Positions 12,178 to 26,239 of a stretch of DNA of 64,000 bases are shown one piece after another; positions within the stretch are counted from its first letter, which is position 1, and each line of letters begins with the position of its first letter. This stretch comes from Octopus vulgaris (taxonomy: Eukaryota): NCBI GenBank assembly GCA_951406725.2, contig OX597821.1, positions 75,950,001 through 76,014,000 on the forward strand. The letters are read 5' to 3'. The translations under genes and the position numbers were made by a program. The notes below the pieces were generated by a model. It was not told the origin of the DNA and did not search any database. It worked only from the letters and a program-made list of their open reading frames with translations.

Positions 12178-12224
<47 letters not shown>

Positions 12225-12255
12225 CATGTATATATATATATATATATACACACAC

Positions 12256-12296
<41 letters not shown>

Positions 12297-12416
12297 CTAA
12301 CGACTTTTTTCAGTTTCTGTCTACCAAATCCACTTACAAGGCTTTAGTCGGCCCGAAGCTATAGTAGAAGACACTTGCCTAAGGTACCACGCTTCTTATC
12401 ACGCAGCCACGCCTGC

Positions 12417-12546
<130 letters not shown>

Positions 12547-12552
12547 TGATTG

Positions 12553-13220
12553 ATATGTTTCTTTATTAGCCACACAGGGCTGCACACAGACAGGACAGAT
12601 TACAAAGTAGAGTTTTTGTTTTTTTGGGAGAAAAAAAAAAAGTGGGGTAGGTTTTCGATCAAAAGGGATCGTAAAATGGAAAGAAGAAAAAAAGGGAAAA
12701 AAGGAAAAGAAACAAAAGAAAAGAAAAAAGAAAATAAAAGGAAAAAAGGGGGGAAAACGATCAATAGGGATCGTGTATCACAGTGTCATGATGTACGGTG
12801 TAAAGGGGGAAGCAGATAAGGTTTATCCGTGGGAAGAAAAGCCTACGGAAAAGACCACGGTAACCTCGGTCAATATTGTTACATGTTACCACATTTGTTT
12901 GCAAGTGGGTAACCCTCTGTTTTCTATTTCCTGGTTCATAGGATTATGCTCAAGGTGGCTTCGTCATTCATACGTGCCATACTTGCTACATTCACCCATC
13001 TTTTTTTAAAACATTCGCTAGACAAAACTTGCCTCTCTACTCTCACTTTCCTTTTCCAGTGATACTTGAAGAAGTTGATGAGCGATTGACCAGAGAGGAA
13101 AGTGTTTGTCTCCAATCCTTTCAGACGCGTCCACCAGATACATTCTTTCGCCATAGCCACAAGGATGATGAAAATAGCTCTTCCTTCCCGTTTGAAGGAA
13201 GGAGGCATGACAATATTGAC

Positions 13221-13221
<1 letters not shown>
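12553..13221 (-). mobile_element. 3' end of a Tx1/L1-like LINE (ORF2 C-terminus plus 3' UTR) flanked by (GATA)n
   Basis: ORF 12936-13208 (...[15 protein letters not shown]...FKKRW) resembles Tx1-type ORF2 termini; ends in AATAAAGAAA. Confidence 0.65.
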
Positions 13222-13296
<75 letters not shown>

Positions 13297-13301
13297 CATA
13301 C

Positions 13302-13391
<90 letters not shown>

Positions 13392-13429
13392 TTGATGTCG
13401 GATTTTTACACAAGGTTAGCAAATCCGAG

Positions 13430-13600
13430 AGAGCAGGGTAAGTCGATTACATCGACCCTAGTACAATACTCAACTGGTATTTTATGTTATCGACCCCGAA
13501 AGGATGAAAGACAAATTCGACCTCAGTGAAATTTGAACTAAAAATGAAATGCCGCTAAGAAATTTGTCCGGCGCAGTAACGATACTCTCAGCTTGTCGTC
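13430..13600 (-). mobile_element. SINE family B, degraded
   Basis: ATCGACCCCGAAAGGATGAAAG..AA.TCGACCTC motif. Confidence 0.8.
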
Positions 13601-14451
13601 TTGCACATAGTATTCATACACAATCATATATGTGTGTGTTTGTATGAATGCATGTATGTATGTGTGTATGTGTGTGTGCATGACTAAGATTTGAAAAGAC
13701 CGATACATAGATGGTCTACATATATGTTCTATAAGTTTGAATGAAATATAAATTATTTTAAAAGATTTTCGTGATATAAGGTATTTATTCTTTTTAATAG
13801 CTAACTACATATATTACATTGATTTAAAGTGACATAAGATTAAAAAGAAACATATGATGTATATATTTATTAGATGGAAAAACTTTCGTGCAATCAACAC
13901 TTTCGTGCAATCAACACCTTTGAGAGTAGGTTGTATATAACTAGACTACCTTGGGAAACCAAGTCTTGTAATATTTTAGTTCGCATTTATATATATTATT
14001 TTATTTTATTATTTTTAAAACTTATACGCTTGATTACGTGCCGACTTAAATAATCGCCTGGAAATATCGATTTAGTTATATTTTTATTCATTTCTTTTTA
14101 ATGTGAATAATGATTTTTCTTGATGCAACGGTTATGTTTCTTGGAGTCACTGTGCTGTACAGGAGAGAATGTAGTGTGTCTTGAGTTCTTTAGTGATAAG
14201 TTCGGTCTTCATGCCACGCAAGTATTCCTGCATCTACCATTTCCATTGACTTGCCACACCTCCAGAGTACAACAGCTAAATTTCAGTTATAAATAAAACT
14301 TCCAATTGTGTTATTATTGCGTCTCATGCCCCACAGTAACGGCAAGAAAAACATTATTGTCAGATTCAGGTGCTTTAAATGAATTTCAGATACCTCAGAG
14401 CCAATCATATAAATTTCATATCGTCTTTTTTGTCATTAGAGTGTAGCCAGT

Positions 14452-14833
14452 GGAGACGCAACGGCCCAGTGGTTAGGGCAGCGGACTCGCGGTCGTAGAA
14501 TCGCGGTTTCGATTCCCAGGCCGAGCATAGGGAGTGTTATTGAGCGAAGACACCTATAGCTCCAGGAGGCTCTGGTAGGGTGTGGTGGCGAACCCTGCTG
14601 TACTCTTTCGCCACAACTTCCTCTCACTCTTTCTTCCTGTCTCTGTTGTACCTGTATTTCAAAGGGTCAACCTTGTAACACTCTGTGTCAGGCTGAATCT
14701 CCATGAGAACTACATTGAGGGTACACGTGTGACTGTGGAGTGCTCAGCCACATGCACGTTAACTTCACGAGTAGGCTGTTCCGTTGATCGGATCAACTGG
14801 AACCCTCGTCGTCGCAACCGACGATGTGCCACG
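14452..14833 (+). mobile_element. tRNA-derived SINE family D with RTE-like tail
   Basis: A box CGGCCCAGTGGTTAGG, B box GGTTTCGATTCCC; tail CCCTCGTCGTCGCAACCGACGATGTGCCA shared with 56497 and 61540. Confidence 0.85.
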
Positions 14834-15999
14834 ACTGGTGCACTGTATTCAAAATTTTCATATTGCACGATGTACTTTATTTAAGTGCGTCTTTTATTAT
14901 CGACTTAAACTTATTGAGAAAACAGGGGCACCACATTTAGTGCTATAAGCTTTTAATTCACACTCACCTGCTACGATCTATGGAACTCTTTCTGATGGAG
15001 CGCGAGTTAGACAGAGCTATTCTTCTTTGTGTTTCCTGCCGCAGTGTTCGTCCATCTGCTACCTCAGTACCTCATGCCAAAATTTGCCTAAACTTTCAAT
15101 AGAAGCATCGATATCTACACTACTCCACTTCTCTCTTCTCTGCGGTCCTTTGAAACCTAATCTGTTACAGAACTGTATCCTTACTCTAGATTTATTCAAA
15201 CTTTGTCTCTTACACTTCGCTAACAGGTTATTAATCAAAATGGGAACATGGGAACATGTGGTTGCGAATTAACCATCTACACTCGATGATGCTAACATGT
15301 TTAGCATCAGACAAAATGCTGTTTCATTGAATAATAAGCTGAAGCGTTTGAACTCTTAATTATAGGTTAGCGGGAGCGATTTCATTTGAATACAGCCCTT
15401 AAAGCCGTAAAAGTGGGCAGCCACGTGGTTTTATATTTACACCTGAGTTATTTGCCAGAAACATTGTATACACCAAGGAAGCAGTCAAACAAATCTACAC
15501 CCACTAAAGCGTAACTGCGGTTATATGATCATGGTAAGAATCGTGGTAGTAGATTATTTGGTCACTAAACTAAGCGTATCGTGAAGAATTTAGAAATCCT
15601 GGAACCAAGCATAAACTTTGTCTACAAGATAAAAGTATATATAAGTAATATATATATATATCTAAATCACCTCTCATTACCTCTATGTGTGCACGCGCGC
15701 GCGCGCGTGTGTGTGTGTGAGTGTTTTCGTGTGTTCATGCATGTATACATAAATGTTTGTGTATGTTTATTATGCTTGTTAAAGATTAATAAATATGCAA
15801 TCTGCACAAAGAATTGAGTAATTATTTACTTTAATGTCAAATTGCTTGTTTTGTGGCTCAACATAAAGACAAGCATTAATGGATTCGTTTTATTTTCTGT
15901 AAAACACCAACTCACTCGGCGCTTCAAAGTTTGTTCATAAAAATGTTCCAACATTTCAAAAGCTATTATTTAGCGTTATAAAAGACAGTAATTGCTGTC

Positions 16000-16082
16000 A
16001 GGGGATCAATTAGCATAATGGTATGGAATACTCAGACAGAACTTGAGAGATACAGGGTTCGATTCTTTGTGCTTGCTGGCCA
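16000..16082 (+). other. Degenerate tRNA-like head
   Basis: TAGCATAATGGT (A-box-like) and GGTTCGATTC (B box) at tRNA-like spacing; no clean cloverleaf. Confidence 0.45.
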
Positions 16083-16181
16083 CTTTTTCCCTCTTTTAAG
16101 GGTATTTATACGGTCTTCTAAGCTATTTTCACAACTGTTTTGCATTCGAGTTTTACTTTATTTTCTTTAAAATATTATATA

Positions 16182-16340
16182 ATACAGTGATAGCTAGTTG
16201 ACAACTTAATGTGACCAGTCCCATGAAAGGGAAGAATCTTACTGTTATTGAGAAACAGCGTTTCTTGGGGCTAAATAACAGTAACATTCTTCCTTTCCCT
16301 GGAACTGCTGCATTAAGTTGGCAACAAGCCATCGCTTTAT
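16182..16340. repeat. Imperfect ~68-bp-arm hairpin related to the hammerhead-bearing repeats at 32691 and 48572
   Basis: Arms 16182-16249 and 16274-16340; shares GGGGCTAAAT..CAGTA and CATTAAGTTG.CAAC with 32819-32880. Confidence 0.7.
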
Positions 16341-16502
16341 CACGCTGTTACTGCAAAACTCTCTCTGAGAGATTTAGACATTTAAAATTTTTACTTTTGT
16401 AGATCAGTGAATGTATTTCACTTGAAATTTTTTCAACAGCGGCTTAGCAGCGACATATAGCAAGACCTAGTTACTCCAGACTGATGAAAGGCAATTACCC
16501 TG

Positions 16503-17381
16503 ATACTAGAGCCTTAGTGGAAGCCAATCCACGCACAACTGTTCGAGAGCTTGCTTCTGAATTAGACGTAACGTGGACGACAATTTCCAACCACTTGAAA
16601 GAGACTGGAAAAACAAACATACTTGTGAAATGGGTGCCGCACGAATTGAACGACAAAAAAAAGCCTTTTTGAAGTGTCGTCTTCCTTTCTTTTAACGCAG
16701 CAAGAACGGCCCGTTTCTCGACCGGATTGTGACTTGCGATGAAAAGTGGATTCTTTACGAAACCGGCGATGCTCAGCTCAGTGGTTGGACTCCGAAGAAG
16801 CTCCACAACACTTCCCGAAGCCAAAGCTGCACCAAAAGAAGGTCATGGTGACTGTTTGCTGGCTTGTGGCCGGTCTCATCCATCACAGCCTTTGGATCCA
16901 GGCGAAACCATTACGGCGGAGAAGTACTGTCAGCAAATGGATGAAATGCATAAGAAACTCCGACCATAACAGCCAGCATTAGTCAATAGAAAAGGACCAA
17001 TTCTTCTCCATGACAATGCTCAGCAGCACGTCGCACAACTGATCCTGCAGAATTTGAACGAATTGGGCTACGAAACTGTGCCTCATTCGCCATACTCACC
17101 AGAGCTCTCGCCTACAGACTACCACCTTTTCAAGCATCTCGACAACTTCCTGAGTGAGAAATGCTTCAAAAACCAAGACGATGCCAAACACGACTTCAAC
17201 GACTTCATGGCCACCAGAACGCAGGATTTATACGCTGCTGTCGTAAATAAACTTGTTTCTCGTTGGTAAGTGTGTTGATTCTGATGGTGTTTATTTCGAT
17301 TAATAAAGTTTTGTTTGAGCCGAGATATGGGCATCTGAATTTAATGAGCAAAAAACCGCAAGAACTTTCTTGACAACCTAA
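16503..17381 (+). mobile_element. 5'-truncated mariner (DD34D, Hsmar1/cecropia-like) transposase pseudogene with 3' TIR
   Basis: WVPHEL, IVTCDEKW, LLHDNA and HSPYSPELSPTDYHLF motifs across frameshifts; TIR ACCGCAAGAACTTTCTTGACAACCTAA then TA. Confidence 0.95.
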
Positions 17382-17853
17382 TAGATATCATTTAATGTGC
17401 ACAGTATAAAGTTATGAGTTACTACTAGTTTCATGCATTGGAGATGTGTCCTGGGCAAGTTTTTATAACACGCCTTGTGCCTCCGAGCATTGAGCCTGAA
17501 GTTTCCGTTGAGACACAGGGTTTGGAATAAAAACGGCATAGAATACATCTTCAATGCTTGAAACTTAGTAGCTCATAACTTTATACTGGGTACATTAAAT
17601 GAAATATATGTGTATATATGCATATCTGCAGGTGTATGTGTGTATGAGTTTATGTGTGTGTGTGTGTGTGTATGTGTGTGTACAAATACATTTATACAAG
17701 TTGTACATTCAATTATTTTCATATATACGTCGTCTATGATGACGAAAACGGCGAAATATAAGTGTCAATATACATACATACACACATACATACATACATT
17801 GAACGATATAACATAAAATTTGTTGCATAAAGCATGATATATTCACAAATATA

Positions 17854-17915
17854 CAACCGAGACACATAATAATATAAAATATAAACTATAGATATATTTT
17901 AATGTGTCTCGGTTG
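17854..17915. repeat. 14-bp perfect inverted repeat with AT-rich spacer
   Basis: CAACCGAGACACAT ... ATGTGTCTCGGTTG. Confidence 0.8.
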
Positions 17916-17978
17916 ATTTGCGAATATATGATGATTTAAATAACAAATCCTCTTACTTTATCTCTCTCCCCCTCCCGT

Positions 17979-18037
<59 letters not shown>

Positions 18038-19035
18038 TATATACATACATATTTATATATATATATGTGTGTGTGTGTGTATGTGTGCACTTACAGATAC
18101 ATGGACATACACACACACACATCTATATGTATGTTTGTATGTATGTATATATTTATACAAATCCTTCGCATTGTGTTTGAAATTATTTTCTCACATTTTG
18201 CTTTCCATTTGACTATAATGTATCTATTTTTAATGCTAAACAAATATTAGCTGACTTGAGGTGTTCGCATGGAATTCATCTGTATATACATGTATATATA
18301 CGTATGTGTACATGTATGTATGTAAATATGTATGTATCAAAAGTATTTGGAAATTTGCCCTATTCCCTCATGAGCCCCTATTCCCTCATTAGGTCCTATT
18401 TACTCATATTTACTCACGAAATTACGACAGGCGCACACTTACAGCAACGTTAGATCTCCAATCTTCATTCCCAATAAATAACTATTTAAATTTCTCAACC
18501 TTCATCTCTATAGCCATTTAGATGGGAAGCGAAGAAATGTTGTACCTCCATCCTGTTGACCAATGTTTGCCAAGTAAAGTTTAATTAAAAGCCCCACATC
18601 AAAATTCACCCCCACTCGGCATCCTAAGCTACAAAAATATATACCGTGTTCACCAACCCATGGAAAGTTGGTGCATATTCAATAATCAACGCAAGACAGA
18701 CAACCAAAAGATATCACTTCTCTTAATACATTGGATAGAGCTCCGAATCATTTCGAGTTGCTCAAGATTACTTGGAATCTCGAAGCAGCGGTTTGTTAAA
18801 CTGTTGTGTGTAATAATTTATACAGTACTAGGGATCTTGCCATACTTCTAGCTAACATCGCATAACATACCTCACCCTGAACATCAAACAGGGATATTGG
18901 ATCGATGCTATTTTGTCTTTAGGTAACTGGAAGCCCTCTACCAAATTCTTGTCTCATGTTGTGGCTCTTTCTTTACACGATCTCCACAACAGATAACATT
19001 TATGGCTTGTGTTCTTTTCGACTTCACTTACTACA

Positions 19036-19078
<43 letters not shown>

Positions 19079-19904
19079 GTCTTTTTTCTTTTTCTCCATT
19101 CACTTTTTGTTTCACGTTTTCCCTCCCGTTCTCCCTTGTTCCCTCTCGATTCTTTTCTCAAAGAGCAGTGATGAATTTTGGTTTTGGATGATTGCCTGAA
19201 AACGCACGGCGTACTGTACAAGTTTATCCGGCCATTGTATTTTTCAGCAGCATGACACTAATAACAGATCACGCTTGATCATCATAAGTTGTGTATTCAA
19301 TTTGTGGGACCCAGTGGCACATTGCTCTTCTTTACTCAAACCAAAAGTTGTTGAGGTATAATAATACCGAAACACATTCCGTGCATTTAGCACTCGGCCT
19401 TGAAAATCGGATACGCTTCCATACTGCATTTTCTGCTTTTTCTAAAAACTAGATTGATTTGTTTGATTGACGTTAAGTTACTTAGAATCATGTAAATCAG
19501 TTATTAAGTATATGTTATATACTTGTATGTGCATACACGCACTTTCAGCTGTGACAATGGTCCAATGTTAGTTCATAATTATCGTTGTACGTTCGCAAGC
19601 AAAATCTTATATTCCACATTGAGTCTGCATCGCATTCTTCGCTTGCTAAATGCTCAAAATTCCCCCAAATTTGCGACATATGTCTCATTATCATTTATTG
19701 TTCCGTTTTAAAGTCTTGCGTTGATAGATGTTTTGCGACCTGTGCAGGTCCAAAAAGTCTTATCCGTGTACATGTAAAGCTGAATGGGAAACGGCTATCA
19801 CCTGACAAGATGAGGAAATCATCAGCATTTGTGTGTATTCATTCATATATCAAAGAAGAAAGAATAAACGATCAAAGGTCCTTCCGCGCCCCTGCTTCAT
19901 AGTC

Positions 19905-20114
19905 CGCCACCCCGTATTTTGTGACTCGTTTATTCTCCCGCTGGATAGGTCGCTGGTCCATCACATGATAACTCACTTTTGACAGCTGAGTGAACTGGAG
20001 CAAAGTGAAACGAAGTGCTTTGCTCCAGAACTGAACACATCACCCGGTCCAGGAATTGAAACTATCATCTTGTGATCATGAGTGCAACAACCTAACCACC
20101 AAGCTACGCGCCTC
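19905..20114 (-). mobile_element. tRNA-derived CORE-like SINE (family E)
   Basis: Minus-strand A/B boxes, then GAGCAAAGCACTT...CCAGTTCACTCAGCTG; similar to 29010 and 56497. Confidence 0.75.
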
Positions 20115-20919
20115 CTCCCCACAGGTACACAGAGAGGGAGAGAGATAGAATTATCTATATGCTGTGTGTGTGTGTGTGGTTGCACGTGTGCGTGTGCTTA
20201 TGCATATATGTATTTATGTCGATATGTACGTATACTTATGACTGATGATGGTGTACGAGCTAATAAGCAGCAGGAGCATTTGTGTTTATGAACATTTTCT
20301 AGAAGTATCAATTGTTTTTGTAGTTCTCCGAATAATGTGTGCTGAAAGAAGAACAGACGTGTCAGCGAGCATGCTTGAAGCAGGCAGGGAGAGAAGCAGT
20401 GAGGAGAGGCAACAGCCATCTCAATCAACACCTCGTGTATATAATAACAGTCCCAAAATAAAGAGCAACCCAGTAAGTTGTAAATATAATTTAGTCAATA
20501 GCTAGTCCTTATTATCGATTTGGACAGCTGGTTTTCTTATTGGTACAGAGTAGATTGGCTTGGAGGCATCTTACGCGCTATGTTTTAACTAATAACTGGC
20601 ACGCCCTTTGGGATGCTGAAAGAAGACAAACGTGAGAAGAGGCGACGTCATTATCTATCAGTGGTTACAAGTTGAATAATTTGAATCTGCCGCATGTACA
20701 ACTATGAGGAGCATTGCTGTGTGATGATAACGTGGCCACAAGGGGACGTCACTCCGGCCAAATCAATAGCATTGTATTACCGTTTTGACTAATATATTAG
20801 TTTACAAGAAAATGGCTGTCCTTGTGTTTTTCAGTTATTTACTGACGGTCACTGCTACACCGAGTGAAGTCAGGTGAAAAACAAAGTCACTCCAGCTCTT
20901 CTCCCTTATCTTTCAAACC

Positions 20920-20960
<41 letters not shown>

Positions 20961-21790
20961 ATTTTCTCCCTCTTTCCATCACACGTCGCTTTTGGCGATA
21001 GACCTTATTCCACTTATCATCAACTCATCCCAGCTACACACACACACGTAGATAAAGAAACAGAGAGAAGTGGTTGTTGAGGGCGGCAAAATAGCAACGT
21101 TTTAGGAAACAATTGAATGAAAATTTTCTCTTGACCAGTGGAAAATATGATGGAGATCTACAGCAAGATGTGCACGATGACAAACGGTTAATTTGCTGTC
21201 ACTATGGCACCTGGGAAAACACTATTACTTTACTGGCATCCAATAATTCTGATTCTCATCATGCGAAAAGCATTAGAGCATGACATCGGAGTTACGCTAT
21301 ATTCCACCTCAGGCAAAGCCATACTATAGAAACTGCGCTGCAATTAATACACACAAACGCGCATGCGTGTTCGCACACATGTGCATATACGTATGTTCAG
21401 ATATATATAGATTCCAGATATACACATGTGCGTTTATGTATCTCTGCACGTATGTACATATAAAATACATCAAACACAAATATGCATAGTTATATACAGA
21501 AAGAGATTGCGAAGCGAACTTCTCAACCATTCAGTCATATTGCACAGATGCATACATATGTGTGTGTGTGTCTACGTACATATATATAAAAGTAAACATA
21601 TGCATTAATATACATACACACATATATATATATTACATACAAAAATATAAATAAATAATATTACATACATAAAATAGTATGTATGAAATAGTATTTACTG
21701 AATCTCAGTTCTTTTTATATGCTAGACCACTGGTGTTAAAATTGATGTTATCAAATTAATATCCAATTATTCACCCTTATTTTGATTTTA

Positions 21791-21829
<39 letters not shown>

Positions 21830-21856
21830 CCTATGTATTTATACACGCGCGCGCGC

Positions 21857-21974
<118 letters not shown>

Positions 21975-21984
21975 ACATATATGC

Positions 21985-23545
21985 CTTAAAAGAAGTATTA
22001 TCTGCATTGTCCATAAGGAGGCAGAGCAGATGCTAAAAATGTCAGGCCTATCTCTCTGACTTCACATGCTAGCAAGGCCATGGAGCGCATTGTCCGAAGG
22101 AGGCTGATCTCCTACCTAAAAGAATGTAGCTTGCTCACAAGCACGCGGCATGGCTCGTGGGGAGCTGCCTCACACAGCTACTCCAGAATTACGAGTGGCT
22201 ACTGAAACAGCTACTCAATCACTCAAATGTGGATGTGATGTATCTCAACTTTGCCAAAGCCGTTCAAAGTTACAGAATGTAAGCTGTGATGGTTGAGACC
22301 GGCGGCAGACCACCAAACAGCCACCATGACCTTATTTTAGTGCAACTTTAACTTCGGGAAGTGCCGTGGATCTTCGTCGGCGTCCAACAACTGAGCTGAG
22401 CGTCACCAGTTTCGTAAAGAATCCACTTATCATCGCAAGTCACAAACCGGTCGAGAAAAGGGCCGTTCTTGTTGCGTAAAAGAAGGGAAGACGACACGTC
22501 AAACGGCGTTTTTTTCTGGTTGTCGTTCAATTCGTGCAGCACCCATTTCTCAAGTATTTCTGTTTTTCCAAAGTTACGGGATGATACGTCACAATTTACG
22601 TGACATTTGTATGGCTGGAAAACTGGGAGGGTGGTTGTATGAGTATCTAAAAAACAGAGGTCAGCCAATGGTATTCTTTCTGGGGAAATATCAATTCGAA
22701 GCGAAATCCCTTAAGGAACTGTATTGGGACCACTACTGCTTGTGGTGGTTCCCTCAGACATATCCTCATCCAGTCAGCCACTCTCACCAGCTATGCTGAT
22801 TATACAAAAGTAGTCACAGGTGATCAAGCAATCCACATAAGTAAGAGTATAACGTTCCATGTTCATTTTACCAAGATGGTAACACTGTGATAGCGGGTAG
22901 CATAATGGAATCTAAGATCGTTCAAAAACCAGGCAAAAGGATACCATGCTACTCTTATGGAGAATTTTCGCTCTCAGTTGACTGGATTACCCCTCCCAAC
23001 TATAGTCAGCGCAGAGTTTGTAATTGGTAGCGGAACTTGAGGAAATCAAGCACCACTACACAAAGAAGATTGGTTCGGTGAAACAGATGCGCTACCGGGA
23101 GGAACTAAAGAGGCTGAAGGTCTACTCAATGAGAAGGTGAAAAAGATGTGCAGTGATGTACATATGGAAGGTCCTGGAAGATCTAGCTCCCAACTTTAAA
23201 ACTGAGAGCTATAGCAACTACCGAAAAGGCAATGGAAGGCACTGCATAGTATCGGGCTTCTCTCCTACTCCATCTAGAATAAGGACCTATTACTGTAACA
23301 GCTTCGATGTCAAGAGTCCACAACTGTACAACGTTCTGCCAGTGAACCTCGGAGGTTTGCGAGGTGTAGCTATGGAGGTCTTCTAAAATAACAGATGAAC
23401 CCACATCGTGGTAGAAGACACAAAGAAGAGCAACTGCATCCAACTCGCTACTTCACTAGAAACTGTAGAGAAAACAAACTCAAACGCACTGAAAGGCGAT
23501 GCTCAAGAGTGGCATCAGCCTCTGACTGAAACTAGTAAAAGATAG
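21985..23545 (+). mobile_element. Degraded, internally deleted CR1-like LINE (RT and 3' end)
   Basis: [45 protein letters not shown] and YIWKVL motifs; ends in the tail shared with SINE A. Confidence 0.85.
22285..22572 (-). mobile_element. Mariner fragment (same family as 16503) inside the CR1-like LINE
   Basis: KWVLHELNDNQK...FLDRFVTCDDKWILYE. Confidence 0.9.
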
Positions 23546-23563
23546 GCGTGGCTATAGACGTCG

Positions 23564-23715
23564 ACGTGGCTGTGTGGTAAGAAGCTTGCTTCCCAACGAC
23601 AAGTTTCCAAGTTCAGCCCCACAGCGTGGCACCTTGGGCAAGTGTCTTCTACTATAACCTCGGGTCGACCAAAGCCTTGTGAGTGGATGTGGTAGACGGA
23701 AACTGAAAGAAGCCC

Positions 23716-23750
<35 letters not shown>

Positions 23751-23846
23751 TAATAGTACTGGTAAGAAAACAAAAGAATGAAAGTCACCTCGATATTATG
23801 TAAATAAAGGAATTTATCTGTACAGATATATATATATATGCATGTG

Positions 23847-23902
<56 letters not shown>

Positions 23903-24125
23903 CAAATATATATATATATATGTATGTATACATATGTATATATTTGTGCGTGTGTTTGTCCCCCTCTCCATCGCTTGACAACGAATGTTGGTGTGTTTAC
24001 ATTCCCGTAACTTGGCGGTTCCGCAAAAGTGACCAACAGAATATGTACTAGGCAAACGAAGAATAAGTCCTGGGATAGATTTTTTCAACTAAAGGCAGAC
24101 AAATGATTGAAAAAAGTAAAAGAAT
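23564..24125 (+). mobile_element. SINE family A
   Basis: GTGGCTGTGTGGTAAGAAGCTTGCTTCCCAAC head, TA tract, tail. Confidence 0.9.
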
Positions 24126-24805
24126 AAAAGAATATATGTATGTATGTATGTATGTATGTATATAGAGATCTTTATTTTTCGTGCAGTAATGTAACTTGTA
24201 ATTCCTGAACGTTAAAATTTTCATTCTCTTCTTTGGTAATCGGCCGCATTTCCACTGGGTGTTTGTTCACGTCCTCTCGAATCAAAGATAATTTCAGTGA
24301 ATGAAATACTGGGTTTTTTTCTTATTTGATATGACTTTCTTCGAATTGTTTGTCCAAATTCATTGACACTCAATTATTTTACTTTATTTTGTTGTGATTT
24401 TGGAATTTACCAAACGTTATATACATTCTGTCTAGTATTTAAAGTAAGAAAATTGTTGAGCTGACGCAGTTTATTAAAGCAGAAACACGTTTCTACAGAT
24501 TGCTTTCATAAAATAAACACGATTATCAATGATCAATTATCAATTCTCGAAAATTCTTCATTCTTGAGATGATTCCTCATTCTCAGTTCAGCTTCTATCG
24601 CGTTTGGCGTCACACAATATTTCATTATCTCTCAAAGTGAAGAGGATTTCAATAAATCACGCATTATCTGGGGTGTAATGCACTTCATTCTCTAAAAAGA
24701 AAAAAAAATGAGATTGATTCATTCGACTAAAAAATCCTGAAGATGGTATTCCAGCATGGCTGCAGATTAATGACGGAAACGAGTAAAAGATAGGGTACAT
24801 ATATA

Positions 24806-25674
24806 CGAGGGGCTATCCCCACAAAAGCCGGAATTTGCAATATTATTTTATTCACTTATTTTTTCATGGTTACACTTTAATCGCCTTCAAAATATTCTGT
24901 TGAAGCAATGCATTGTTCCAGACGCGTTTTCCATTGTTCGAAGCATTCCTGGAAGACTTGCAAAGTGATGCCTTTTAAAGCCTCCGTCGTATTTTACTTC
25001 ACCTCTTTCACATCTGCAAATTCCGTAGCCCCAGCTTTCGTCGCCAGTGATGAACTTCCAGCTGTTTTTTCAGTTCACGACATACATTCAGCCGTGCCCG
25101 CTTTTGATCTTTCGCGAGCAAGCGAGGCACAAATTTTTGCTGCAATTCTTGTTATTCGCAATTCCTTGCTCAAAATTCGTTGACAGCAGCTCGAGCATAT
25201 ACCAGTCATATGAATAAGTCAAATTTTCGGTGACGGTCCCTCCAAAATCAGTTCATGAAATATCATAATGTTTTCATTCGTTCGGGAGATCGACGGACGC
25301 CTTGAACAAGGCTGGTCGTCAAACAATAAGTGGCTATTCCTAAAACACGAAAACCACTGGTAAACTGGTTCTTTACTCATGGCATCAGCTTTGTAAGCTG
25401 TCTGAAGCATGGCAATTGTTTCGGTTGCCGTTATCCTCAGAATTTCACGGAAGCACGCTGGCCCTTCTTTTCAGCCATCGCAAAAATCGACGAACGAGCA
25501 AGAAGCTCTGGAAAACAAAAACGCACCACGTGGCAGTACGACTTTCATCGATGACGACGGTTGGTATACTGATGCCTGAGGGTTGCATCAAGTGATCTCT
25601 AGCGGCAGAAGCCTGAACTATATCGGGCTTGTCCTACAGAGAACGTTTTTCGCTTACTTTTGGGTACCACCTCA
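24806..25674 (-). mobile_element. Internally deleted mariner-like element
   Basis: Minus strand encodes HTH region VYQWFSCFRN...DQPCSRRPS and C-terminus FQECFEQWKTRLEQCI...YFEGD; decayed CGAGGGG / CCACCTCA termini. Confidence 0.85.
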
Positions 25675-26239
25675 ATATATATATATACAGAGAGAGAGAG
25701 AAAGATACACACATACAGACACATTCACACACATATATTTATGTGAGTATATACACGTTTGTGTGTGTGAGTGTGAGCGTATACGCGCATGAGCGCAGAC
25801 GATATATAACGGTTGGTTACTAATAAATAGTTGATAAATACTTGGTAATAAATACTTGATAATATCTCATAGTAAATGACACTAGTCATATGCAGATATG
25901 CTTTCTATTTGATTATTTGTTTACAAATATATATACATTAGTATAGCGTATACATTGAGACTTGTTGTCTGCCGATATATTTCATATTGGAAAACGGATT
26001 ATTCTTATTGCTGTATTTGTGCTAAATGTATTATTAAGCAGCATACTTGGGGTCGCTTATCAATCTAAGTAGTTATGATTCAACATTATCAGGTCGGCAG
26101 TGAGAAGCTGAACTACATACACCAAATAAGTCAAAATTAATTGAAAAATGCGTCGAGAAAGAGAAAAAAAAACAAAAGCAGTTATACTCAGTAACAGTCA
26201 AATAAAAACAAAATTAATGTGAAGAAGTTATGAAATTAG

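Noticed and set aside
13882-13917. Short 11-18-bp tandem duplications (also ~18358 and ~29191)
   Set aside because: Ordinary slippage duplications with no further structure
17735-17766. ATGATGACGAAAACGGCGAAA hammerhead-like string
   Set aside because: C3 missing and stems not supported
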